64,000 nucleotides of DNA, from contig CAWAUV010000004.1 in the NCBI GenBank assembly GCA_963785305.1, forward strand, positions 483,022 to 547,021, read 5' to 3'. The notes under the pieces are model-generated. The model did no database searches and was not told where the DNA came from. It worked only from the letters and a program-made list of their open reading frames with translations. Source of the stretch: an uncultured Planctomycetaceae bacterium (lineage in GTDB: Bacteria; Planctomycetota; Planctomycetia; Pirellulales; PALSA-1355). A program made the position numbers and the translations under genes. Shown here in pieces: positions 9,397 to 22,235 of this stretch; within the stretch, counting starts at the first letter, position 1, and the number at the start of each line of letters is the position of its first letter.

Positions 9397-9870
9397 ATGA
9401 ATACCTTCAATCGCCCTCGGCCCTTCGCGGGAGGCTTGCTCGCCATGTTTCACCGAATGTTCCTCCAGGGTTGGATTCCCCTTGCCGCCGCGCTCTGCGC
9501 CTTGGCCTGTGCCGCGAGCTTCGCCACTCCGGCCGGCGCCCACGATCTCACGGGCCGCTGGGATGGAACCTGGTCGAGCCAAGTGACGCCGCACCATGGC
9601 CCGCTGCACGGCAAATTTCGCCGCGTCGACGCCGGCCACTATCGCGTGGTGTTCACGGGGCGCTTCTTCCGCGTCGTGCCGTTCCGCTATGCGGTGAACT
9701 TGAACATCGTGTGCGAGGGGCCGGGCGTGGTGCAATTGGCGGGCAGCTCCAAGTTGCTGGGCTTCGGCGAGTTTCGCTATCAGGCCACGGTCCAAGGCGA
9801 TTCGTTCGTGGCCAACTATCAAGCCAAACGCGACCACGGGCAATTCGTGCTCACGCGCCGCTGCCGCTAA
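9397..9870 (+). CDS. Small secreted beta-rich hypothetical protein
   Basis: Ala-rich signal peptide, then DLTGRWDGTWSS...HHGPLHGKF...YRVVFTGRF...DHGQFVLTR. Start codon uncertain (9397 or 9445). Confidence 0.65.
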   Translation: MNTFNRPRPFAGGLLAMFHRMFLQGWIPLAAALCALACAASFATPAGAHDLTGRWDGTWSSQVTPHHGPLHGKFRRVDAGHYRVVFTGRFFRVVPFRYAVNLNIVCEGPGVVQLAGSSKLLGFGEFRYQATVQGDSFVANYQAKRDHGQFVLTRRCR

Positions 9871-10056
9871 CACACGGCGGGTCGCGGCGCGAAAACGCGC
9901 TCCATTCCCCCCGAGCGATGGCGTTCGCCGTGTTTCGCGCTCTGGGCGGTCGGGGACCCAGGGCGTATAATCCCCAGTTCGGCCTCGGGACCCGGCATTT
10001 GCTCGCGGCGCGAATCCGAACTTTCTTCCCCCAACGGACTTATCCCCCGACACAGC

Positions 10057-13000
10057 ATGGCTGCTGCCGACATTGTCATCAAAGGCGCCCGCGAACACAA
10101 TCTGCGGGAAGTCGATCTTTCTCTACCGCGCAATCGATTAATCTGCCTGACCGGCGTGAGCGGTTCGGGCAAGAGCTCCCTGGCGTTCGACACGCTCTAC
10201 GCCGAAGGTCAGCGGCGCTATGTCGAAAGCCTGTCTAGTTTTGCGCCAGTTTCTCGGCCAGATGCCGAAGCCCGATGTGGATTTCATTGGCGGCCTGAGC
10301 CCTTCGATCTCGATTTCGCAGAAATCTTCGGGCCAAAACCCGCGCTCGACCGTCGGCACGATCACCGAAATCCACGACTACTTGCGAGTGCTCTACGCCC
10401 GCGCCGGTTTGGGCCATTGCCCCCGCTGCCAGCGCGAGATCACGGCCCAGACGCGCGAGCAAATTATCGACCGGATCGGCGAACTGCCCGCCGGCGCCCG
10501 CTATTCGATGCTCGCTCCGCTGGTGAAGGCTCAAAAGGGTGAATACCGCGATCTGTTCGAAGACTTGCTCAAGCAGGGATTCGTGCGGGCTCGCGTCGAT
10601 GGCGAGATTTACTTGCTCACCGACAACGTGATGCTCGATCGCCAAATGCGGCACACGATCGAAGTCGTGATCGATCGGCTCGTGGCGGGCGAAGGACGCG
10701 CTCGACTCGCCGAAGCGGTCGATCTCGCGCTCCGGCTCGGCGGCGGAAGTTTGATCGTGGCCCCCGAGGCGGGGCGCCCCTCCGAGAGCGCCGGGCCGGT
10801 TGAAGAAGTCGGTGGCGAGGCTGCCGCGGACGGGGGCGTTGCCGAACCCGAATTGGCTCGCGAGAAAACCGGCGTCCGCAAGAAGCGCTCGGCTCGCGGC
10901 GGAAAGGTCCCGGGCGATCTCCAACTCTCGGCCCACTATGCCTGCACCCATTGCGGCCTGAGTTTCGAGCCGCCCACGCCGCAGCTCTTCAGCTTCAACA
11001 GCCCGCAAGGCATGTGCGGCGCGTGTTCCGGCCTGGGGCATCAATACACGTTCGTTCCCGAGCGGCTCACGCCCGACCCGAGCCTGTCGTTCAAACAAGG
11101 CTGCATCGAGCTGATCGGCCCTTGGAAGGAACTGGGGCGTTGGAAGCGGCATATCTTCAGCGGCGTGGCCCATGCCGTCGAACGCAAACACGAGCTGCCC
11201 GAAGGCACGATGCTCGAAACGCCCTGGCAAGAGCTATCGCCCGAATTGCAAAACCTCTGGCTCCACGGCACGGGCGATCTGCACATCACCTTCACCTGGC
11301 GCTCCGGCGGCCATGGTCAAAAATATGGCGGCCACTTCGAGGGCATCATTCCGCAGTTGCTCTCGCGACATCGGAACTCGCAAAGCAAAATGCAGATTCG
11401 ACAACTCGAAAAGCACATGAGCGTGCTCGATTGTCCGGAATGCCACGGCGGCCGGCTCAATCCGCAAGCCGCGGCCGTGCGGCTTACGACCCGGCATCCC
11501 CAGTTCGCCGAACAGCCCGCGCGCTCGCTGCCCGAGGTTTGCCATCTGCCGATCGCCGACGCCACTCGCTTTTTCGAATCGCTCGCCCTCGAGGGCGCTC
11601 GAGCCCGCGTGGCCGACGAGATATTGAAAGAGATTCGCGGTCGGCTCGGCTTTCTCTCGAATGTGGGCCTCGATTATCTCACGCTCGACCGCACCGCGCC
11701 CACGCTTTCGGGCGGCGAGTCGCAGCGCATCCGACTGGCCGGGCAAATCGGCTGCGGGCTCGTGGGCGTGCTTTATATTCTCGACGAACCCTCGATCGGC
11801 CTCCATCCGCGCGACAACGACCGCTTGCTCGACACGCTCACGGCCCTGCGCGATCTGGGCAATACCGTGGTGGTGGTCGAGCACGACGAAGACACGATGC
11901 GGGCGGCCGACCACATCATCGACTTTGGCCCCGGCCCGGGAGTGCGCGGTGGATATGTCGTGGCGTCGGGCGGCGTGGCCGAGTTGTCCGCGGCGCCGAA
12001 GAGCGTCACCGGCAAATTTCTCTCCGGCGAAATGGCGATCGAAGAGCCCGCCGCGACTCGTCCGCGCACCGGCAAGTCGCTCAAGATCGTCAATGCCAGG
12101 CACAACAATCTGACCGGTGTCGATGTCGAGATTCCTTTGGGCGCCCTGGTATGCGTTACCGGAGTGTCGGGTTCGGGCAAGAGCTCGCTGGTCAATGATA
12201 TCTTGGCCGACACATTGCACCGCGACCTCAATGGCGGCGAATCGGAGCCGGGGGAACACGACCGGATCGAGGGGGTCGAGCATCTCGACAAGATGATCGC
12301 CATCGATCAATCGCCCATCGGCCGCACGCCGCGATCGAACCCCTCGACCTATATCAAGCTGTTCGACGAAATTCGCGATCTCTACACCCAGCTTCCCGAA
12401 TCGAAAGCCCGCGGCTACAAGGCCGGCCGCTTTAGTTTCAATGTCCCCGGCGGTCGTTGCGAAGCCTGCGAGGGCAATGGGTCGAACAAGCTCGACATGG
12501 ACTTCCTGGCCGATGTGTGGGTCACTTGCCCGGTGTGCGAGGGGCGACGATTCAACCGCGAAACCCTGCAAGTGCGTTTCAAGGGCAAGAGCATTTCCGA
12601 AGTGCTCGAAATGGATGTGCAAGAGGCCGTCGCTCATTTCGAGAATGTGCCCAAGATTCGCCACAAATTGCAGACCTTGCACGATGTCGGGCTCGACTAT
12701 CTGAAGCTCGGCCAACCTTCGCCCACGCTCTCGGGCGGCGAAGCCCAGCGGGTGAAACTGGCCCGGGAACTGGTCAAGCGCAGCACCGGCCGCACTCTGT
12801 ATCTGCTCGATGAACCGACGACCGGCCTGCACTTCGCCGATATCAAGCTGCTGCTCAAGGTGTTGCACGGCTTTGTCGACGCCGGCAACACGGTGCTGGT
12901 GGTCGAGCATAATCTCGATGTGATCAAGACCGCCGACTGGCTGATCGACATGGGGCCCGAGGGCGGTCGCGGCGGCGGACGGATCATCGCCTGCGGCCCT

Positions 13001-16000
13001 CCGCGGGCGGTGGCCGCGGTCGAAGCTTCCTACACCGGCCGCGCCTTGGCCGCGGTGTTCGATCCCGCGCTGCGTCCGGCGCCACGCGAATCGGGCCGGG
13101 CCGCGCCGGTGTCGCATCGCGCGATTCGCGTTCGCGGCGCTCGACAGCACAATTTGAAAGATATCGACGTCGAGATTCCCCGCGACCAAATGACCGTTTG
13201 CTGCGGCATGAGCGGTTCGGGCAAGAGCTCGCTGGCCATGGACACGATCTACGCCGAAGGCCAGCGCCGTTATGTCGAAAGTCTTAGTTCCTATGCGCGG
13301 CAGTTCGTCGGTCAAATGCAGAAGCCGGCCCTCGATCATATCGAGGGGCTCTCGCCGGCGATCGCCATCGAGCAAAAACATCTCGGCCACACGCCGCGCT
13401 CGACCGTGGGCACCGTGACCGAGATATACGACTACATTCGCATTCTCATGGCCCGGCTCGGAGAGCCCTATTGCCCCGACTGCGACCTGCCGATCGGGAC
13501 TCAAACCGCCGACGAGATCACGGACAAGATTCTCGCCGAACCGCCGGGCACGAAGCTGTTTATCATGGCCCCCATGGAAGTGGCCGTGGGCGAGCAGTAT
13601 GAAACGCTCTGGGACGATATGCGGTCTCGCGGTTTCGTGCGTGCCCGGGTCGATGGCCAAACCCACGCGCTCGACGCGATGCCCGCGATCGATCGCCGCC
13701 GCAAGCATGCGGTCGAAGTGGTGATCGATCGGATCGCGGTCCGGCCCGACGCTCGCGCTCGGCTCGCCGACACAGTCGAGCAAGCGCTCTCGCTCGGCAA
13801 GGGCGTGTTGCATGTGGCTTATGCCCATGATGAACAGCCGGAGCCGAAGTGGCGGGTCGAGATTCACAGCCAGCATTTTGCCTGCGACCGCTGCGGGCGG
13901 AGTTTCGACCGGCTCACGCCGCATAGCTTTTCGTTCAATAGCTCGCTGGGCTGGTGTCCCTCGTGCGAAGGTCTTGGCACGCAAACCGGCGCCGATCCGG
14001 CCGCCCTATTGCGCGACCCCAAGCTCACGCTGGCCGAAGGCGCCGTGGCGATTTGGCCGATGGCCGGCAATCCGCTTTTCGAGCGGATATTGAAAGCGCT
14101 TTCCACCCATACCGGGGTTCCGATCGACACGCCGTTCGATCAGCTCAGCGCCCGGCAGCGGCGCGTGCTGTTTTATGGCCTGGGCGATGAATGGATCGAT
14201 GTTTCGGCGCCGGGCAAGCGCGCCAAGACCGATCGGCCGCTGTTTCGCTTTCAGTTCAAGGGCTTCTATCCGGCGGTCGAGGAAGCGGCCCGGCTTTCGC
14301 CCGCCCTGCGAGCGCGCTGGGATAGCCTGGTGGGCGAAGTCGAATGTTCGACCTGCGGCGGTAGCCGCCTGCGCGACGACGCCGGCGCGGTGCGTTTGCG
14401 TGGGCAGACGGTCGATGGCTTGTGCCGCATGCCGCTCGGGCAGCTCACCGCCTGGTTCGCGGACTGGAACCTCGACAAGCGCGAGCAAAAAATCGCCGGC
14501 GAATTGGTGCGCGAAGTCCGCAATCGCTTGAATTTCCTGCTCGAAGTGGGCCTCGAATATCTTTCGCTCGGCCGGCCGGCGCCCACGCTCTCGGGCGGCG
14601 AAGCCCAGCGGATTCGGCTGGCCAGTCAGGTGGGCAGCGGCCTGTGCGGGGTGTTGTATGTGCTCGACGAACCGACGATTGGCCTGCACCCGCGCGACAA
14701 TCGCCGCTTGATCGGCGCGCTCGAGAAGCTTCGCGATCTCGGCAACACGCTCCTCGTGGTCGAACACGACCGCGAGGTGCTCGCCGCCGCCGACATGCTG
14801 CTCGACTTTGGCCCGGCCGCCGGCGATGGCGGGGGACGGATCGTGGCTCGCGGCGCACCGGCGCAGGTGGCCAAGCAAAAAGACTCGATCACGGGCCCCT
14901 TCCTTTCGGGCAAGAAGGCGATCGCCGTGCCGACGAATCGGCGCTGCGCCGGCCCGACGCCGATGGGGACGACGCCCGCGCGGACAAAACTCCGTCGAGC
15001 AAAGGCGCGACGCGAAAGCCGAGCTCGAAGACCGCGAAGTCCGGCGGCAAACAGGTCGCGCTGCCCGCTCCCGCGGCGGCCAAGCGTGGCGTTCGCCCGG
15101 GCGATGATCTCGAAGCGCCCGGCGGTTGGCTCGAAGTGGTCGGCGCTCGGCATCACAATCTTCGCAATGTCACGGCCCGCTTCCCGCTCGGCTGCTTCAC
15201 CGTGGTCTGCGGGGTGAGCGGTAGCGGCAAGAGCTCGTTGGTCGAGGATGTGATGTGCAATGCTTTGGCGAAGGCCTTGCACCGCGCCAGCGCCGCCCCC
15301 GGCGCCCACGACGCGATTCGCGGGCTCGAACTCATCAACAAAGTGATTCGCGTCGATCAGCAGCCGCTCGGCAACACGCCGACGTCGAACCCCGCCACCT
15401 ACACGGGCGTGTTCGACCTGATTCGCAATCTGTTTGCCCAACTGCCCGAGTCGCGGCTCCGCGGCTACACGGCCCGGCGGTTTAGTTTCAATGTGCCCGG
15501 CGGGCGCTGCGAGGCCTGCGAGGGCAATGGGCAATTGCGGATCGAAATGCACTTCCTGCCCGATGTGTGGGTCGAGTGCGAAACGTGCGGCGGCAAGCGC
15601 TACAATCCCGAAACGCTCGCGGTGCGATACCATGGCCAGAGCATTGCCGATGTGCTGGCGATGTCGTGCGCCAAGGCCGCCAAGCTGTTCGAAAACATTC
15701 CCCAGGTGCGGCGCATCTTGCAGACGCTCTGCGATGTGGGGCTCGACTATGTGCGGCTTGGCCAGCCGGCCCCCACGCTCTCGGGCGGCGAGGCCCAGCG
15801 GGTGAAGTTGGCCGCCGAACTGGCCCGGCCCGACACCGGTCGCACTCTGTATCTGCTCGACGAACCGACCACGGGCCTGCATTTCGAGGACATCGCCAAG
15901 CTGCTCGATGTGCTCAATCGGCTGGTCGACCTGGGCAATAGCGTGGTGGTGATCGAACATAATCTCGATGTGATCAAGACGGCCGACTGGATTATCGAAA

Positions 16001-17317
16001 TGGGCCCCGAGGCCGGGCACGGCGGCGGCTCGATTGTCGTGGCCGGCACGCCCGAAGAGGTCGCCGCGCATGCGGCCCGGTGGCAGGAAGCCGCGGGCGC
16101 CGCGTTGGAAAACGGCGCGATATCGGGAAGCGTCGCGGGGCCGAGCGAGCCCCCGGCGCGGGCGGCGAAGAAGTCGCGTGGCTCGCGCTCGAGCCCCGCG
16201 CGAGCGATCGTGCCCGCCGACGCCGGGTTGCTCCGCTCGCACACCGGCGAGGCGCTCGCAAGAAGTGCTCGCCGCGGGGCCGCGCCGCGAGCGCGGCGTC
16301 CATGACTTTGCCGCCTCCACCGAGCGCCGCGAGGGCGACGTGGATATCGCCGACTTCGGGCGCGACGCTCCGATGCCCTGGGAAGCCGATGGCCGCCGCT
16401 GGCACACCGTGGATCGCGTCGGCCGCGATGGCTCGTCATGTAAATGGGAAGGCCGCGCACTCGCGGCCGTGGTCGACCGGGTGCGCGAACTCGGCGACTT
16501 CAGCGACACGAACTGGAACAGCCGCACGATTGTCGAGATCGCGTCGAGCAAGAAAAGCGAAGGCTGGTTTTTTCACGCCTCGACCGGCGACCTGTGGCTC
16601 TTGAAGCTGAAGTTTCGCGCGGCGAAAAACACCTTCCAGCGCGATTCGCTCATCGCCGATCTGGCCCTCAAGCCGCTCGATGATCTGCCCGACCTGCCGG
16701 TCTATGGTCGCGAACAACGGGTCAAAGTGAAAAACGCGCCGGGCCCCTGGCAAGAGATTCAGATCGCGGTGCATAGTTTCGCAGAGATCGATCGCCCGGC
16801 GTTTTGGAAGTTTCTCGAGCGCGCCGCGGCGGGATTCGCCAAGGTAATGGATCGCACTCGGCAGAATCCCGAGGATGTGATGCCCTGGAAGGCGCTGGGC
16901 CAAAAATGGCACTTTGCCCGCAAGGGATTCCCGCCTGGCCGTCCGCCCCAGTGGGAAACCGAAACGCTCGAGGAGCTGTGCGAAATCCTGCAACAAGCCG
17001 CGCCCCATGGCCAAATGCTGTGGAACAACCAGCAGGTGGTGCATATGTTCGTCGCCGAGCAACGCGAACCCTGGGCCAGCTTGTGGACCAAACGTTCCGC
17101 CGCCTTGGAGCTCGCTCTCGCCGGTCCCGCGGGCCACTTCACCCTGGGTCGCATCGCCCAGCTTGGCGGTGATCGCGAACTTGTCGCCGGGCCAGGGCTC
17201 GATGTCGTGAAGCTTCGCTTTCAATCGGTCGAGGACCTCGAGCGCGGCGACCTGGGCGCCTTTATTCGGGAACATCTCGCGACGTTGGCCGCCGCCAAGC
17301 GCCAAGCCGTGGGCTGA
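10057..17317 (+). CDS. uvrA: Tandem (double) excinuclease ABC subunit A with C-terminal extension, ~2400 aa; frameshifts near 10245, 14945 and 16258
   Basis: Two complete UvrA units: four G(V/M)SGSGKSS Walker A motifs, four LSGGE(S/A)QR signatures, Zn fingers. Pieces are ORFs 10057, 10220, 14422 and 16034. Confidence 0.92.
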
Positions 17318-17355
17318 AACATCCGTGGATCGTGGCTTGTAGATTGGTGATTTGA

Positions 17356-18009
17356 ATGAGCGCTCCCTTGTTGCCCGCGCGGTTTGCCTTTCGCTTCGCG
17401 GCCGTTTGCCGCCGCGCCGAAAAAATCTGGAGCGCCGATGGCATTGTGCTTGGCGAGGAACATCGCTTGCCAGCGCTCGGCGAGCTCGATGGCCGAGGAA
17501 CCTTTGCCGATGTGCGCACCGCCTGGAATGAGCTCGGCCTCGCGTTTACCGTGAGTGTCTCGGGCAAGCGCCATCCGCTCTGGTGTCGCGAATCGAAGCC
17601 CGACGATAGCGACGCGCTGCAACTCTGGATCAGCACGCGCGACACGCAAAACATTCACCGCGCGAGCCGTTTTTGCCATCGGTTCGTATTCATGCCCGCG
17701 GGCGGCGGGCGGCAAAACACGGCGCCGCTCGCCGACCAACTGCTGGTCGATCGCGCGCGGGAAAACGCCGCTCCGGTGCGGCCGGGAATGCTGGGAGTAC
17801 AAGCCAAGGTTCGGGCCGATGGCTACCAAATGTCGTGCTTTATTCCCTCGGGAGCACTCACCGGCTACCAGCCCGACGAACATACCCGAATTGGCTTTAC
17901 GTATTTTCTGTTCGACCGCGAGTTCGGCGAGCAGTCGTTTAGCCTGGGCAGTGAACTGCCGTTTGCCTCCGACCCCGGCCTTTGGGCCACGCTGGAACTG
18001 GCGCCGTGA
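17356..18009 (+). CDS. Conserved hypothetical protein (possibly CBM9/DOMON-like fold)
   Basis: Codon-consistent ORF directly after uvrA: FADVRTAWNELGL, IHRASRFCHRF, DPGLWATLEL. Confidence 0.65.
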   Translation: MSAPLLPARFAFRFAAVCRRAEKIWSADGIVLGEEHRLPALGELDGRGTFADVRTAWNELGLAFTVSVSGKRHPLWCRESKPDDSDALQLWISTRDTQNIHRASRFCHRFVFMPAGGGRQNTAPLADQLLVDRARENAAPVRPGMLGVQAKVRADGYQMSCFIPSGALTGYQPDEHTRIGFTYFLFDREFGEQSFSLGSELPFASDPGLWATLELAP

Positions 18010-18099
18010 AGCGCGGCGAGCGGGATCGGCGGCAATTTCCCCTGCCGGGCGTTCGCCCCCAATGCGCGGGATTTTTCCCCAATTCGTGACGCGCAATCG

Positions 18100-18127
18100 T
18101 TGACATGGGCCTCCCGCCGATTACCAT
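18100..18127 (+). promoter_or_regulatory. Putative sigma70 promoter
   Basis: TTGACA-16 bp-TACCAT upstream of the PEP-CTERM gene. Confidence 0.45.
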
Positions 18128-18193
18128 CACAGGTATATCTCCACGCATCCCGCACAAGATGCGTGATCGTCAGTTCGTTTAAGGAGCCGCCCC

Positions 18194-19063
18194 ATGCCTT
18201 CCGGTCCGTCGGGTTTCGCCAATATTGATCGAGATCGAGGCGGTCTTTGGCTCCGAGCGCCGGTTGCGCATTCTTTCCTTGTCGTGACTTTATTTTGCGG
18301 CGCATTGGCGAATGTCGCCCGCGGCGACATGATCGGCGTGCAATTTCCCAACGGCAGCGCACTTACCGCGACTCAAGTGGCTGGGGTCGTGCCGCAAGAC
18401 AATTTCAATACGCTCACGCTCGGCGTTTCTGGTTTTTCTCCAGCGACGCTCAACGACAACAACGGAAGCCTGACCACCGCGACTTTGACAACGACCGCGA
18501 CTCCAAGCACCTATCCCACCAGCGCTGGAAACGCGACGCCCGACAACATCCTCAACTCCAATGTTCTCAACAGTGGTCCGGGAATTAGCGGGGGCAATCC
18601 CGCTCCGGCGGGCACGGATGTCACCGGGGGCCAAAACGCGAGTTTCACGATCAGTGGCGTGCCGTATTCCAGTTACGATTTGATCGTCTACGAACTGGAC
18701 AACGCCGCCCGAACCGAAGGCACGACCGTCGGCTCGACCACTTATTGGCTCGGTTCGCCGAACGCCACGAGCGCTTCGCCCTATGTGTATACGCAAGGCG
18801 TTGGCGCAACCTATACAACCCCCACCATTACTGCGAACTATGTCGAGTTCACGAACCTCTCCGGTTCCACGCTCACATTTACGTTGACCGTGCCCACGGC
18901 CGGAAGCCTGGGAGCAGTTTCTTACGGCTCGAATGCGAACATTTTCATCAACGGCTTCCAGATCGTTTCGGTTCCGGAACCGTCTTCAATCGTCCTGCTT
19001 GGAATCGGCGTTGGCGGCCTGCTCGCCGCTCGCCTGCTGAGGCGAAATCGCGGCGTTCGCTAA
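18194..19063 (+). CDS. PEP-CTERM sorting domain surface protein
   Basis: RBS AAGGAG, signal peptide, T/S/N/G-rich body, C-terminal VPEPSSIVLLGIGVGGLLAARLLRR. Confidence 0.9.
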   Translation: MPSGPSGFANIDRDRGGLWLRAPVAHSFLVVTLFCGALANVARGDMIGVQFPNGSALTATQVAGVVPQDNFNTLTLGVSGFSPATLNDNNGSLTTATLTTTATPSTYPTSAGNATPDNILNSNVLNSGPGISGGNPAPAGTDVTGGQNASFTISGVPYSSYDLIVYELDNAARTEGTTVGSTTYWLGSPNATSASPYVYTQGVGATYTTPTITANYVEFTNLSGSTLTFTLTVPTAGSLGAVSYGSNANIFINGFQIVSVPEPSSIVLLGIGVGGLLAARLLRRNRGVR

Positions 19064-19120
19064 TCGCCTGTTGAAATATTCAGCAAGCTGCTAAGCTCGC
19101 CGGACTCCGTTAGCCGCGAA

Positions 19121-21182
19121 TCATTCCGTCGCTTTGGGCCGCGGCGTCGAGCGGCGGTCGTTTTCGTAGCGCGTTGCAATCTGTTCGAGTGTTGCCCCCA
19201 AGGTCTTATCGATCGGGCGGCGGCGCTGGGCTCGCGAGAGCCAATCGTGGGCCAGGAGCAAATCAGGCGTCGAACGGCCGCCGCTTAGTAGTAGATAGGT
19301 CTCACCGATGCGCCGGGCATATTCCGCGTTCCAGGCGCCGGCCCCGCGCCGCGAGTTCGGCCGCGGGCAGCAACGATCGCGACTGGGCCTCGAGCTCCGC
19401 GGGGTCGTCGCCCGGAAGCACGGGCCGCTCGAAGTTCTCGCGAAGTGGATCGATTGCCCGGTCGGCGGCCCATTCTCGCGCCGCGCTCCAAGCCCCGGCA
19501 ATCAGCAATGCGCCGGTGATCGCCTGAGCCGCCCGGCGGCGAAATGTCGGCGCGAGCTCATGAAAAGTTTCCCAAGATTGCGGCCCGCGGCCCCGCGAAC
19601 GCCGTGCGGCGGATTCGAGAACGCTCGCGGCCTGGGCATCGGGCCGGATGGGGCGCGCCCCATGGCGGGCCGCCATCGCCACTCCGAGCGCGAGCGCCGC
19701 TAAAAGCGCATTGGCCGGCACATGCAAATTCCAGTCGACCAGCGAGTGGAGCGCGATCGCGGCCAGCGCCACCGCCGCGCCGCTCGCCGCCGCGATCTGA
19801 CCCCACGAACGCTCGACGGCCGGGGGAGGGTCGCCGGGCCGGCACATGGTTCGCCACGACCAAATTGCCCAGCCAACGAAGGCGAGCATCGTCAAGCCGA
19901 GGAAACCGGTTTCGGCGAGCAGTTGGGCGTAGTCGTTGTGCGCAAAATACCAAAAGGTGGGATTCGGCGCGACAGCGGCCGGCGCCATCGTTCCAAAGCC
20001 GCCCAGTCCGACGCCCGAGAGCAGGTTGGCGCGAAAGATCCGCCAGCAGACCGTCCACCAAAACATGCGACCTTGCAGCGAGAGCGAGGCGTATTGGAGC
20101 GTGCCTTCATCGATCGGGGTCGCCAAGCGATGCAGCGTCGCGGCGTCGGTCCTTTCCGCCGCGGCGACGAAAAATCCGACGACGGCGAACACGAACACGA
20201 CCGCCGCCGCGAGCCACAAATATCGCCACGCCGAGCGACGCTGGTTCGCGTCGGCCCACAGGGTCGTAATTGCCGCGAGCACGAGTCCCGCCGCGCCGGC
20301 TCGGCTTTGGGCGTCGAACAACACCGTCGCCACGGCGCCGGTCGCGAGCGCCACGACTCCGATCGGCCCGAACACTCGCAGCACGCGAAACTTCAACCCG
20401 CCCCAGGCGGCCAACCACAACCCAAATGCGAATGGCAAGCACAGTTCCAGGCATCCGGCGAAATGATTGCTCACGACAAACGAGCCGAACACGTCGCCCA
20501 ACTCCATGCGCGGGGCACAATAGCGGATCGGGCCGAAATCGAAGATCGTCGCCACGCTCACGCTCGACGTATGCAGCACCGGCCACCGTCCGCTGATCCG
20601 CCAGAAGGTATAGGGCGCGAGCATATCGTGCCAAGTCCCGTAGATCGACCTGTAGCGGCCCGGATAGAAGGCGAGCCCGATCGCCCATTCGGAGAGCCCG
20701 AGCGCCCCGATGCCGACCGAAAACACGGCGGCGCCGCGTGGCCCGGCGGCGAGCGACGCGACCGCCACGGCGGCCAGAAGAAACGGCGCCGCTTGCGCGC
20801 CAGTTCGCCAAGTTGCTTCGGGATAGACCGACAAACAGCTCCGCGGGGCTTCGCCGAGCTCCTTGCGGCACTCTTGCTGGGCCGACCAAGCCGTGGGCGC
20901 GGCCCACTCGACCACGCGCTCCGGCAGCGGCGCAACTTGAATCAGCGCGACCGCCAACGGCGCGAACGCCGCGAAGAGCAGCCGCGCCGGCGGGCGATCG
21001 TCGCGAGTCCAGGTGATCGTCCACAAGAGCCCCGCGCCGGCGACGAGCATTTCGAGCGCGGCATAGCCCCAGGTGAGCGTCGCCCCGTAGGCCAGCACCG
21101 CAAACACCGCGGCGCCGATCAGCAGCGCCGCGGCCAGGCCCCGGGCCCATGATCTCCAGCTCGCGCGGCCGAATCGCGACAT
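19121..21182 (-). CDS. O-antigen ligase-like (Wzy_C) membrane protein; frameshift near 19335
   Basis: Many TM segments; GSFVVSNHFAG, SRAG, GVGLGGF, AHNDYAQLLAETG, HSLVDWNLHVPAN. C-terminus continues in ORF 19121..19501. Confidence 0.85.
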
Positions 21183-21209
21183 TGCCAAACCTTTAAATCC
21201 GCCGCGCGA

Positions 21210-22010
21210 TTATTTGAACGCTTGATCCGGACTCGGAAAAACACCGCCCCGCACATCGCGACGAAAGCGGGTCACGGCGTCGTGAATCGTGCCTTTGAGG
21301 TCGGCATAGGGTTTGACGAACCGCGGCACATAGCCGCTCGTGATACCCAAGAGATCGTTGACCACTAGAATTTGCCCGTCGCACTCGGCGCCGGCGCCGA
21401 TGCCGATCGTGGGAATCGCGACCATCGCCGTGATTTCCGCCGCGAGATCGGCCGGAATGCATTCGAGCACCATCGCGAATGCGCCCGCCTCTTCGGCTGC
21501 CCGGGCGTCGAGCTTGAGTTGCTCGGCGTCGCGCTGCACTTTGTAGCCGCCGAGCACATTGACGCTCTGGGGCCGAAGACCGACATGGGCCATCACCGGA
21601 ATACCGGCCGCGACCAGCGCCGCGATCACACCGGCCTGGGCGGCGCCGCCCTCGAGTTTGACGGCCGTGGCCCGAGTTTCCTTTAGAATACGGCCCGCCG
21701 CGGCCACGGCTTTGTATTGCCCCAAATGATGGCTGGGAAACGGCATGTCGACCACAAGCAGCGCTCGCCGCACGGCGCGTCCGACCATTTCCGCGTGGTA
21801 GATCATCTCGTCGAGCGTGACCGGCAACGTGGTGGCATGGCCTTGCACGACCATCGAGAGGCTGTCGCCCACCAAAATGCCCTCGACGCCCGCCGCGTCC
21901 AACAGGCCGGCCATCGCGTGGTCGTAGGCCGTGAGCATGGTGATCTTGTGGCCCTCGGCCTTCATCGCCGTGAATTTCGGAACGGTGATCGGGGAGGAAT
22001 CCGGAGCCAT
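21210..22010 (-). CDS. panB: 3-methyl-2-oxobutanoate hydroxymethyltransferase
   Basis: ITMLTAYD, ILVGDSL, DMPF, AVKLEGG, PTIGIGAG, DGQILV. Confidence 0.97.
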   Translation of the reverse strand: MAPDSSPITVPKFTAMKAEGHKITMLTAYDHAMAGLLDAAGVEGILVGDSLSMVVQGHATTLPVTLDEMIYHAEMVGRAVRRALLVVDMPFPSHHLGQYKAVAAAGRILKETRATAVKLEGGAAQAGVIAALVAAGIPVMAHVGLRPQSVNVLGGYKVQRDAEQLKLDARAAEEAGAFAMVLECIPADLAAEITAMVAIPTIGIGAGAECDGQILVVNDLLGITSGYVPRFVKPYADLKGTIHDAVTRFRRDVRGGVFPSPDQAFK

Positions 22011-22150
22011 GCGAACCGATGCCTGGAGGTGCTAAACACTTGCGATTCTCGCGCGAACGATCATTGTCGCTCGGCGCAAGCCCGGGGGCAACCTCGCTCG
22101 CCGCGGGCCGCCGAATACTCCAGCTAGTCCCGCGGGCAGCGGGCGTTGCT

Positions 22151-22235
22151 TACAGCCTATCCGACAAACTCCTCCCGCTCCCCGCATGGGAGCGGGTAGG
22201 CCGGAGGCTCGCGGAAGTTCTCGGATAGACTCTTA
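22151..22235. repeat. Short dispersed intergenic repeat with imperfect terminal inverted repeats (copy A)
   Basis: Ends AGCCTATCCGA...TCGGATAGACT; internal hairpin CCCGCTCCC-cgcat-GGGAGCGGG; 26/28 nt identical to 29388-29415. Confidence 0.5.

Noticed and set aside
11234-13984. 916-aa antisense ORF (also 14626-16551, 26653-28926, 33925-35226)
   Set aside because: Antisense shadows of uvrA, glgB and the signalling genes, expected in high-GC DNA; no recognisable motifs.
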